IMG/VR virus record: IMGVR_UViG_2534681702_000003
Coordinates: 1-33,145 of that record
Length of the DNA: 33,145 nt
Source: a virus
Lineage: Duplodnaviria; Heunggongvirae; Uroviricota; Caudoviricetes
Direction: 5' to 3' (one strand)
Shown here in pieces: positions 7,680 to 15,428 of this stretch (positions are counted from its first letter, which is position 1; each line of letters begins with the position of its first letter). The translations under genes were made by a program, and so were the position numbers. The notes under the pieces were generated by a model. It made no database searches and was not told the origin of the DNA. It worked only from the letters and a program-made list of their open reading frames with translations.

Positions 7680-8750
7680 ATGGCTAACGCCTGGCTCAGA
7701 TTATGGCATGACATGCCAAATGACCCTAAGTGGCGAACAATTGCCAGGGTGTCAGGGCAGTCAATTGCAACAGTGATGGCAGTGTATATCCACCTCCTGG
7801 TGAGCGCGTCACGAAATGTCACGCGAGGTCACATTGATGTCACGACAGAAGATTTGGCAAGTGCGCTCGACGTGACAGAAGAGGTAATTGATTCAATTTT
7901 GCAGACGATGCAGGGGCGGGTACTTGATGGTGATTTAATCACTGGATGGGAAAAACGCCAGGTGCTTAAAGAGGACAACGGCAATATTTCGCAAACCGCA
8001 AAATCTCCTGCAGAGCGCAAGAGGGCGCAGCGAGAGAGGGAAAGAAAGCGGGAACAAAATGGCGATTGTCACGGCGCGTCACGAAATGTCACGCACATGT
8101 CACGACGAGTCACGACAGATAAAGATACAGATAAAGATACAGATCAAGAAGATCAAAACACTATGGTCCATGGCGTAAAAAACGCCACGAACCAGGCAGG
8201 GGATGTTCAGACCGTCAATCTTGGTCAGCCAGCAGGCACGACACCGGAAGCCGATTCAGCGTATGCGCTGAAAGCCGATTCGGGCGCTGTGCAGCAGGTG
8301 ATGACCGCAAGGCCGGAGCAATCACACCAACTGCAGCAGCCTGAAGCCGATTCCGCCATTCAGCGGGAAGCCGATCGGGTAGTCACGGAAAACACCGGGC
8401 AGCCTGTGAGACGAGTGGATTATCCGGATGTGTTCGAACAGGTCTGGCGGGAATACCCGTTGCGTGCTGGGGCAAACCCGAAGAAATCCGCTTTCAGTGC
8501 CTGGAAGGCCAGATTACGCGAGGGGGTGTCACCAGAGGCCATGCTGGATGGCGTGAGGCGTTACGCAAGATACCTTGCGGCTACCGGGAAAACGGGAACG
8601 GAATTTGTTCAGCGAGCGACGACGTTTTTTGGACCGGACCGGAATTTTGAAAACCCCTGGCTGCTCCCGGTAAGCGGCACGAACAACCAGCGTTGTGTGA
8701 ATCATATTTCTGAACCGGATACCGAAATTCCACCGGGCTTCAGGGGGTAA
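7680..8750 (+). CDS. Replication initiation protein (O-like)
   Basis: 356 aa; position after cro/cII analogue; two iteron clusters embedded in the coding sequence as in lambda O. Confidence 0.65.
   Translation: MANAWLRLWHDMPNDPKWRTIARVSGQSIATVMAVYIHLLVSASRNVTRGHIDVTTEDLASALDVTEEVIDSILQTMQGRVLDGDLITGWEKRQVLKEDNGNISQTAKSPAERKRAQRERERKREQNGDCHGASRNVTHMSRRVTTDKDTDKDTDQEDQNTMVHGVKNATNQAGDVQTVNLGQPAGTTPEADSAYALKADSGAVQQVMTARPEQSHQLQQPEADSAIQREADRVVTENTGQPVRRVDYPDVFEQVWREYPLRAGANPKKSAFSAWKARLREGVSPEAMLDGVRRYARYLAATGKTGTEFVQRATTFFGPDRNFENPWLLPVSGTNNQRCVNHISEPDTEIPPGFRG
7804..7847. repeat. Iteron cluster I (4 x GTCACG at about 10-bp spacing)
   Basis: GTCACG at 7808, 7818, 7828(GTCAC), 7839; shares 19-bp GCGTCACGAAATGTCACGC with cluster II. 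Confidence 0.7.
8066..8160. repeat. Iteron cluster II plus AT-rich tandem repeat (putative ori)
   Basis: GTCACG at 8068, 8078, 8088, 8099, 8109 (10-11 bp periodicity), then GATAAAGATACA x2 and GATC-containing AT-rich stretch. Confidence 0.7.
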
Positions 8751-8790
8751 GTGTTGATTTCTGGTCATGAGGTAATTTTCAGGAGGACTT

Positions 8791-9213
8791 GTGGCAAAAG
8801 TTTTTACACAAGAAGAGCGGGAAAAAATTAAAGGGCAGGTTGTTGAACTCGTACGCCAGAGTGGGCGCGAGACGTTACGACAACTGGAAACTAAAACTGG
8901 GGCAACAAGATATCTGATGAGCGTTCTGGCCAGAGAGCTGGTTGCCAGTGGCGATGTATACAACTCTGGTTACGGGTTATTCCCGTCTGAACAGGCGCGT
9001 AAGGACTGGCAAAATGCCCGTAAAAAGCTCTCAAGGGCAAAGCTGAAGAAACCATCTGCGGTTGATCCGGACCTTATCTGGTCATTACCTGACGGAGAAA
9101 TACGTCGCTACGACAGGCGTCAGAACATAATCTGTCGCGAGTGCCGGAAGAGTGAGGTTATGCAGCGAGTGCTGGCGTTTTATCAGGGTAATTTTCAGGA
9201 GGTGATGGCGTGA
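8791..9213 (+). CDS. Hypothetical protein (140 aa), replication-module position
   Basis: GTG start with AGGAGG RBS; no family recognised. Confidence 0.55.
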   Translation: MAKVFTQEEREKIKGQVVELVRQSGRETLRQLETKTGATRYLMSVLARELVASGDVYNSGYGLFPSEQARKDWQNARKKLSRAKLKKPSAVDPDLIWSLPDGEIRRYDRRQNIICRECRKSEVMQRVLAFYQGNFQEVMA

Positions 9214-9505
9214 GAGTGAGAGTCTATATCGCCGGTCCAATGACCGGGTATAAAAATTTCAACCGTGAGGCGTTTCACAATGCGGAAGAGGAACTGAAAC
9301 GGGAAGGGCATACCGTTTTAAATCCGGCTGTGCTTCCGGATGGGCTGACACAGCCGCACTACATGGATATTGCATGGCAATGATTCGTTGTGTGGATGCG
9401 ATTTACATGCTGAAAGGCTGGCAGCGGTCAGCAGGTGCTAAGGCAGAACTGGCGCTGGCGGAGAAACTGGGGCATGCAGTTATTTTCCAGGAGGAGGTAC
9501 AGTGA
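9210..9505 (+). pseudogene. DUF4406-like (nucleoside 2-deoxyribosyltransferase-like) gene split by a frameshift
   Basis: N-part VRVYIAGPMTGYKNF...HYMDIAWQ stops at 9381-9383; C-part MIRCVDAIYMLKGWQRSAGAKAELALAEKLG... continues in another frame from 9380. Confidence 0.5.
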
Positions 9506-9777
9506 ATATCGACGCAACAATGACGATTGGTACGGCCCTCAATACGGGGCTGGCGCTTCTTGGTTGGTGCTACATCATGTTCTGCTCATGGCGGTGGCTG
9601 TCACTGATGTTACTGAAAGAATGGAATAAACGCTGTAAACAGACGCAGCGGCAGAAGGCAATGAATGCGTTTTTTGAGACCTTCGATATTGACAGTATAG
9701 AACCAGGAGAGCCAGCTCGCGTGATTAGCAGAGGTGACGTTGTAATTCTTGTATACCGGAGTGAAGAGAAAGCATAA
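9502..9777 (+). CDS. Hypothetical small membrane protein (91 aa)
   Basis: GTG start after AGGAGGAGG; one predicted hydrophobic helix. Confidence 0.45.
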   Translation: MNIDATMTIGTALNTGLALLGWCYIMFCSWRWLSLMLLKEWNKRCKQTQRQKAMNAFFETFDIDSIEPGEPARVISRGDVVILVYRSEEKA

Positions 9778-9891
9778 TCCAAATCTGAATAATTAAATCC
9801 AGCACTGTAAATAAAATTTAATCCTTAACCGGAGGGATTTCTGCACCCTCAGAACATCAGGAGGCCGCCCGAAAGGGCGGTGGAGATAATA

Positions 9892-10416
9892 ATGGAAATA
9901 ACTAAAGAACGATTATTGGAAATAGCAAATCTTAGTGAAAGGGCATTAAGTGATGGGAGGATTATTTCTCCTGATGCTTATGAATCAGTTACAAGTATAG
10001 AAATAATAACGATGGCCAGGATGCTTCTTGGTTGCCTCAAAAAAGAATATAAAAAAAAGGTGGATAGCAATGCTAATATATATGATATTTTGGACAGTTG
10101 GGGGGCTTGGGCTGCAGCTGGAAATAGTTCTATCAACTGGCAGCAAGTGGCTGATAAATATAAAGATGTAGTACCTCATGGTAAGAAATTACGCCGTCAG
10201 TGTGGCAACGATGAAGGTCGTATGATTGATACCTGCATGTTGAAGCTTAAACAATATAGAATAGATGACTATGAGTTAATTATCGCTCATTTTGTTATAG
10301 GTATATCTTTGCGTACAATAGCACGAAGGTACAAATGTTCAGATGGAACAATAAGAAAGAATATACAACTTACAATGGGAGTATTGTTAGGATTGTCTTT
10401 TTATGTGCAATTATAG
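9892..10416 (+). CDS. Antitermination protein Q-like (phage 82/QuuD family) with about 60-aa N-terminal extension
   Basis: Motifs LDSWGAWAAAG, RRQCGNDEGRMIDTCMLKLK, CSDGTIRKNIQ align with recalled QuuD (WGAWAA, CCDDDAMIICGCMARLKK, CSDGYIGKRLQ); GGTGGAG RBS; GNRA hairpin CCGCCCGAAAGGGCGG at 9864-9879. Confidence 0.65.
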   Translation: MEITKERLLEIANLSERALSDGRIISPDAYESVTSIEIITMARMLLGCLKKEYKKKVDSNANIYDILDSWGAWAAAGNSSINWQQVADKYKDVVPHGKKLRRQCGNDEGRMIDTCMLKLKQYRIDDYELIIAHFVIGISLRTIARRYKCSDGTIRKNIQLTMGVLLGLSFYVQL

Positions 10417-10421
10417 ATATA

Positions 10422-10901
10422 TCACATGAGCCTTGTTATGTCCTTTAGACGCGACCAGGTAGTATAAAATTTTTTAAATGTAATAAGCAGGAAAAAAATT
10501 CCCACTTGGAGTAATAGTTGGGCATATGTGTGCTCGTCGGCATCTTTTACTAGTGGGAATTTAAACTTTAGTGTATCAGGGAAAAATAATAAAATGATAA
10601 AAATAATACAAACTGATAGTAACCATCCCATAGTGGAGTGCATTTCTTCGGTCAGTTTTTTCAAATAACCAGTTTTTCCTATATTTCTAATTAGCGTATT
10701 ATCTCTAGCTGAAGCAATCAAGGTAAGCGAACCTAAAACAAAGCCAAATAATATCCCAGAAAATGTAGAAACGGCCGAAGCGATTGGCTGAATTTGTGCA
10801 AAATTTAGCTTTGCAGAAAGAGGCCATGCGATGATACAAAAAACAACAGAGGCTAAATTATAACCATAACTGTACAAAGTTATCAATTTCCCCTTTTTCA
10901 T
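10422..10901 (-). CDS. Four-helix membrane protein (159 aa), RexB-like architecture
   Basis: Four hydrophobic segments (about aa 16-30, 40-64, 90-107, 126-143); GGAG RBS; 15 bp downstream of the 304-aa gene. Confidence 0.75.
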   Translation of the reverse strand: MKKGKLITLYSYGYNLASVVFCIIAWPLSAKLNFAQIQPIASAVSTFSGILFGFVLGSLTLIASARDNTLIRNIGKTGYLKKLTEEMHSTMGWLLSVCIIFIILLFFPDTLKFKFPLVKDADEHTYAQLLLQVGIFFLLITFKKFYTTWSRLKDITRLM

Positions 10902-10916
10902 ACCATCGCTCCAAAA

Positions 10917-11831
10917 TTAATCAACTCTTTGATTGGCTACTCCAAAGTATGCCTTCAATTCATCATCTTTACTATCTTTTGCAAGAGTTAAGGCGCTCCA
11001 AATGCTGCCAACTAATGGATACCTACCTCCAAGTTCAACATCTGTGTAGTAGACTAATTTGTCTGCTACAAGATCGATAGGATGCTGTACACCGGTCTCA
11101 ATGTCTTGGGTTTCTAGTTTAAGTTTTTCAACCTCAAAAGTCTCTAGTGTTTCTTTAAAGGCTCTTTTTAGTTGAGAACCTAGATAGCGAGATTCAGGAT
11201 CTTCAGAACGACTATCCCCACGTAATGTAAGATTTACTTTGGCAGAATTAGTACCATTTAGAGTGGCTATCAATGCATTGTTGAAGTTATGTTCAATATC
11301 CTCATATAGTTGCACATTCTTTGGCCGAGCGATACCGATTTCTAGAGTTTTGATTCGAACTTCATTACGCATCAACCACTTTAAACTACTGGTCTGAATG
11401 ATGGGATTAACAGTTGTATTTTGTGAACTGTTGGAAAGATATTTACTTAATAGCAACCAGCCATAACAGAGTCTGTTTCGTTGAATTATTAAAACTGAGT
11501 CTTGGGTATAAAAATGAAAATAAGCTTTTTCTAATAAGTTTTCATTGATTTCAAGTTTAATTTCTCTTTCTTCACCTCCGGCTACAGCAACATGAGGGAG
11601 ATTATTGGTTCTGTGTTTTCCTATAACTCCCCTGAAACCATAGTCGGTTCTTTCCATGAAGCGCATTTCAACTAGTTTATTTCCTATTTTACGTACAGTT
11701 TTGTCTCGGCCTTCGCTGTATGACTCAAAAATTTTTGAAAAAACAGCTTCAGGTGAATTAACTCCTGCATTTGTATCAGTGCTTATAGTGTGACATTGAT
11801 AAAAATCGAAGAAAAAGCGCTTGCTAGCCAT
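10917..11831 (-). CDS. Hypothetical soluble protein (304 aa), first gene of two-gene operon
   Basis: Uninterrupted low-GC ORF; no recognised domain; upstream AT-rich 270-bp promoter region. Confidence 0.75.
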   Translation of the reverse strand: MASKRFFFDFYQCHTISTDTNAGVNSPEAVFSKIFESYSEGRDKTVRKIGNKLVEMRFMERTDYGFRGVIGKHRTNNLPHVAVAGGEEREIKLEINENLLEKAYFHFYTQDSVLIIQRNRLCYGWLLLSKYLSNSSQNTTVNPIIQTSSLKWLMRNEVRIKTLEIGIARPKNVQLYEDIEHNFNNALIATLNGTNSAKVNLTLRGDSRSEDPESRYLGSQLKRAFKETLETFEVEKLKLETQDIETGVQHPIDLVADKLVYYTDVELGGRYPLVGSIWSALTLAKDSKDDELKAYFGVANQRVD

Positions 11832-12154
11832 TGCAAAAATTTCCTGTAAAAAATAATTACATACTTAAGATACTACAAAGAATAATGCGTACGCAAAATT
11901 TTTTGTTGAGTAGAATATGTTCGCGGGGTATTTTTCGTTAAGATATAATTACCATGGTAACTTTTGCGTTGGTAATGCATTATGTGGTGGAGAAAAAGAG
12001 AGAGTCTTATCTTTAAATTATCGCCAGCCTATATGACTATATGAGTAGTATTTAGATGGGAAATTGTTGAGTTATTGAAAGGAACCATAACCTTTATGTA
12101 AAATTACTGCGGGTGCTTGAGGTTATCTGTCTCAGGCATGCCACCAAAAGGCAG

Positions 12155-12232
12155 ATAGAGAAAAGCCCCAGTTAACGTTACGCGTCCTGCAAGACGTTTA
12201 ACATTAATCTGAGGCTCAATCTATGAACGGCA
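12155..12232 (-). ncRNA. Predicted Sok-like antisense RNA
   Basis: Inferred from hok/sok organisation; candidate minus-strand promoter TTGCCT-17-TAACCT inside mok 5' end; boundaries approximate. Confidence 0.3.
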
Positions 12233-12435
12233 AATCTAGGTTAGCCTCTTACGTGCCGAAAGGCAAGGAGAAGCAGGCTATGAAGCAGCAAAAGGCGATG
12301 TTAATCGCCCTGATCGTCATCTGTTTAACCGTCATAGTGACGGCACTGGTAACGAGGAAAGACCTCTGCGAGGTACGAATCCGAACCGGCCAGAAGGAGG
12401 TCGCTGTCTTCACAGCTTACGAACCTGAGGAGTAA
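12223..12435 (+). CDS. Mok-like in-frame leader ORF overlapping hok
   Basis: 70-aa ORF whose last 51 codons are hok; same arrangement as mokC/hokC. Confidence 0.5.
   Translation: MNGKSRLASYVPKGKEKQAMKQQKAMLIALIVICLTVIVTALVTRKDLCEVRIRTGQKEVAVFTAYEPEE
12280..12435 (+). CDS. Hok/Gef-family type I toxin
   Basis: 51 aa MKQQKAMLIALIVICLTVIVTALVTRKDLCEVRIRTGQKEVAVFTAYEPEE, near-identical in pattern to recalled Gef/HokC; AAGGAG RBS. Confidence 0.85.
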   Translation: MKQQKAMLIALIVICLTVIVTALVTRKDLCEVRIRTGQKEVAVFTAYEPEE

Positions 12436-12503
12436 GAGACCAGGTGAGGGAGAAATCCCTCGCCACCTCTGATGAGTCAGGCATCCTCAACGCACCCGCA
12501 CTT

Positions 12504-12530
12504 AACCCGCTTCGGCGGGTTTTGTTTTTT
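12504..12530 (+). terminator. Rho-independent terminator of hok transcript
   Basis: AACCCGC-TTCG-GCGGGTT followed by TTTGTTTTTT. Confidence 0.7.
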
Positions 12531-12602
12531 CCTGGCATTCTGGTTTACAATTCGCACGCCAGCCTGAACAACTGGCACCTGCTGCGCCAGCAGAGACAAC
12601 CG

Positions 12603-12875
12603 ATGGCGCACAAAACCAAATTTCACAATTCTGATACCGCCCTTGCCATCCGGCATGGGCGGCGTTCACACGCATTTAAAACCGACTGGTACCAACACCC
12701 ACCATGTACTGAAGAACAGGCCGAATGGCTAATTCATAACTACCGCAGACGCGGATACGAGATTAAGAAAGCCCTCAGCCTCGATTATCGTCACTGGATA
12801 ATCTATGTCAGGCTCCCTTATTCCGAACGCCCACCGCGTCCGTCCCGCACATTCCAGCAACGCATCTGGAGGTAA
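12603..12875 (+). CDS. Hypothetical protein (90 aa), nin-like region
   Basis: ORF downstream of hok terminator, stop 1 nt before next gene's start; start codon uncertain. Confidence 0.4.
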   Translation: MAHKTKFHNSDTALAIRHGRRSHAFKTDWYQHPPCTEEQAEWLIHNYRRRGYEIKKALSLDYRHWIIYVRLPYSERPPRPSRTFQQRIWR

Positions 12876-12876
12876 C

Positions 12877-13932
12877 GTGCGGGTATTACTTCGACCTGTT
12901 CCGGTACCGGAACTTGGGCTGGTGGTGCTAAAACCGGGCCGTGAATCCATGCAGGTATTTCATAACCCTCGAGTTCTGGTGGAGCCGGAACCGAAAAGCA
13001 TGCGCGGTCTGCCGTCCGGAGTCGTTCCTGCTGTTCGCCAGCCGCTGGCGGAGGATAAATCATTACTGCCATTTTTCAGCGATGAGCGGGTGATTCGTGC
13101 TGCTGGTGGTGCTGGTGCATTGTCTGACTGGCTGTTACGCCACGTTAAATCCTGCCAGTGGCCTCATGGTGACTACCATCACAGTGAAACCGTCATACAT
13201 CGTTACGGTACCGGCGCGATGGTGTTGTGCTGGCACTGCGACAACCAGCTGCGTAACCAGACTTCCGAATCACTCGGGCAGCTTGCTCACCAAAACCTGT
13301 CAGCATGGATGATTGATGTCATCCGCCACGCAATGAATGGCACGCAGGAGCGGGAATTATCGCTGGCTGAATTATCCTGGTGGGCAACCATAAATAACGT
13401 AGCGGACGCACTACCGGAGACGGTGTTACGTCGTTCACTGGGATTACGCGCGGAAAAAATTCGCTCAGTATACCGCGAGAGCGACATCGTGCCGGGAGAG
13501 CAGACCGCCACCAGCATGCTGAAGCAGCGCACAAAAAATATTGCGCTACTGCCTCACGCCCACCAGCAAAACCCGCCACAGGAAAAGACGGTGGTAAGCA
13601 TTGCCGTTGATCCGGAGTCACCGGCTCAGTATCTCCAGCGCCAGAAACCACGACGGGAAGAGATGCCTGTATACACGCGTTGGGTAAAAACGCAGAAATG
13701 CATGACGTGTGGTAATCAGGCAGATGATCCGCATCACATCATTGGTCATGGACTGGGAGGGATGGGAACAAAGGCTGATGATTTGTTTGTTATTCCGCTG
13801 TGCCGTAAATGCCATAGCGAACTACACGCCGGGGTAAAAGATTTTGAAGAAAAACACGGCAGCCAGCTGTTGTTGCTGATTCGTTTTTTAATGCACGCGA
13901 GAAATTCGGGTGTCCTGAAGTGGAAAGCATGA
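12877..13932 (+). CDS. DUF968-like protein with C-terminal HNH-like Cys/His motif (YdfU-like)
   Basis: 351 aa from GTG with GGAGGT RBS; C-terminal CMTCGNQADDPHHIIGHG...CRKCHSELHAG. Confidence 0.65.
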   Translation: MRVLLRPVPVPELGLVVLKPGRESMQVFHNPRVLVEPEPKSMRGLPSGVVPAVRQPLAEDKSLLPFFSDERVIRAAGGAGALSDWLLRHVKSCQWPHGDYHHSETVIHRYGTGAMVLCWHCDNQLRNQTSESLGQLAHQNLSAWMIDVIRHAMNGTQERELSLAELSWWATINNVADALPETVLRRSLGLRAEKIRSVYRESDIVPGEQTATSMLKQRTKNIALLPHAHQQNPPQEKTVVSIAVDPESPAQYLQRQKPRREEMPVYTRWVKTQKCMTCGNQADDPHHIIGHGLGGMGTKADDLFVIPLCRKCHSELHAGVKDFEEKHGSQLLLLIRFLMHARNSGVLKWKA

Positions 13933-14298
13933 ATGACTGAACGCATAGAATTTGTTTTGCCTTACCCGCCAACGGTGAACACTTACTGGCGACGTCGTGG
14001 CAGCACATATTTTGTATCAAAAGCCGGTGAGCGTTATCGCCGTGATGTGGCGCTTATTGTTCGCCAGCAGCGGCTGAAATTAAACCTGTCCGGAAGGCTG
14101 GCGATAAAGATTATTGCAGAGCCACCGGATAAACGTCGTCGTGACCTGGACAATATCCTGAAAGCACCACTGGATGCGCTGACGCATGCCGGACTTCTCA
14201 TAGACGACGAGCAGTTTGATGAAATCAATATTGTGCGCGGTCAGCGCGTTCCTGGGGGGCGGCTGGGCGTGAAGATTTACAAAATTGAGAGTGAGTGA
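13933..14298 (+). CDS. rusA: Holliday junction resolvase RusA
   Basis: 121 aa; LPYPPTVNTYWRRRG...RRRDLDNILKAPLDALTHAGLLIDDEQ matches recalled RusA pattern. Confidence 0.85.
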   Translation: MTERIEFVLPYPPTVNTYWRRRGSTYFVSKAGERYRRDVALIVRQQRLKLNLSGRLAIKIIAEPPDKRRRDLDNILKAPLDALTHAGLLIDDEQFDEINIVRGQRVPGGRLGVKIYKIESE

Positions 14299-14849
14299 TC
14301 GTAAATATGATATACCCGGAAATTACAGGCAAAAGCGGCGAGCATTTACGTCTAAAAACGCTGGAAGCCGTCTGGATCCAGGGGAAATTACGGATGTGGG
14401 GGCGTTGGTCGTATATAGGTGGTGGCAAACCAGGAAATATGTTCAATCAGTTGCTGGCATCCAAAAAACTGACAAAAACCGCAATCAATGAAGCCCTGCG
14501 TAGAATCAGGGAGTCAGGGATTGATAAACCAGAGCTGGAAGCATTCTTGCGAGAGATGATCGCTGGCAGACAGAAGAGCTGGTTGTCTCACTGTACTGAT
14601 GCAGAGGCGTTACGCATTGATGGGGTGATAAGTAAAGCGCTTGCACGTTATCCTGGATTGATTGATATCCTGCGGCAAAGGTACGAAGGGCGGGGGATGA
14701 GTAAACGCAAAATGGCTGAATTGTTGAATGAGGTGCACCCGGAATGGTGTTTTAGTACATGCGAAAAGCGAATTGCTAATTGGTTAGCTGTTGCTGAATA
14801 TGCGCTATACATCCCTATGCGAGAATCGTTTGCTCAAAAAATGTCTTGA
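14295..14849 (+). CDS. Putative late-gene antiterminator (Q-like)
   Basis: 184 aa directly after rusA and before a terminator, tRNAs and lysis genes; MWGRWSY motif and HTH-like GMSKRKMAELL; family not confirmed. Confidence 0.5.
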   Translation: MIVNMIYPEITGKSGEHLRLKTLEAVWIQGKLRMWGRWSYIGGGKPGNMFNQLLASKKLTKTAINEALRRIRESGIDKPELEAFLREMIAGRQKSWLSHCTDAEALRIDGVISKALARYPGLIDILRQRYEGRGMSKRKMAELLNEVHPEWCFSTCEKRIANWLAVAEYALYIPMRESFAQKMS

Positions 14850-14928
14850 TTTTTTACGCATAAACTGTTTCAATCCAGCTACGCTTCGCAAAGCTATACC
14901 GCGAGGCGAATAGCAGACATGGACACCT

Positions 14929-14958
14929 GAAAGAACCCGCTTTATGCGGGTTTTTTTG
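14929..14958 (+). terminator. Rho-independent terminator (tR'-like, downstream of Q-like gene)
   Basis: AACCCGC-TTTA-TGCGGGTT followed by TTTTTTTG. Confidence 0.65.
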
Positions 14959-15098
14959 TGCCCGAAAAGCGGTACAGGACGTTAAATGCGCTGGTGGTTG
15001 CGAATGCCGGTCTTTCAGCTTGCTGGCTTTTTCGACAAGAGGTATTGGTATGTCACGTTAACCGGGAAAGGGAAAAAGGCATGCTAAAACAGTAGGAT

Positions 15099-15278
15099 AT
15101 GACCGAAACCGCCAGAGTGGTGTTTAATGAATTAAGCATCACCGAACCGGCGACCGTCGGGGAAATTGCGCAGAATACTTACCTTTCACGCGAACGCTGC
15201 CAGTTAATACTGACTCAGCTTGTTATGGCGGGTCTGGCAGATTATCAGTTCGGTTGTTACAGACGCCTTCCGCAGTGA
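15099..15278 (+). CDS. Small hypothetical protein (59 aa), possible HTH
   Basis: ATG preceded by AGGA; below the size cut-off of the supplied ORF track, found by manual translation. Confidence 0.35.
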   Translation: MTETARVVFNELSITEPATVGEIAQNTYLSRERCQLILTQLVMAGLADYQFGCYRRLPQ

Positions 15279-15428
15279 AGGCTTTTTAATTTGTGGTAAT
15301 GGGCGGCTGGGGGGTGTTAGCGGCACCTGCCAGCCATCTGCTCATGCGTTGGGGTCACAAGCAAACCTCAGGCCCATCTGCTTTGCGCAAAAGCGGTATG
15401 AGCCTATCAGAGAAGTGCTTATTGATCT

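Larger units (their letters stand above)
9790..12100. other. Low-GC accessory island
   Basis: Visibly AT-rich sequence and AT-rich codon usage compared with flanking genes. Confidence 0.6.

Noticed and set aside
7804-8160. Direct repeats considered as a possible CRISPR-like array
   Set aside because: Repeats are 6-19 bp with 10-bp helical spacing inside a coding sequence and followed by an AT-rich block; that is iteron/origin architecture, not repeat-spacer units, and there is no cas gene.
12444-12602. N-terminal extension of the 143-aa ORF overlapping the hok 3' region
   Set aside because: The extension runs through the hok terminator hairpin; the real gene more likely starts at the internal ATG at 12603.
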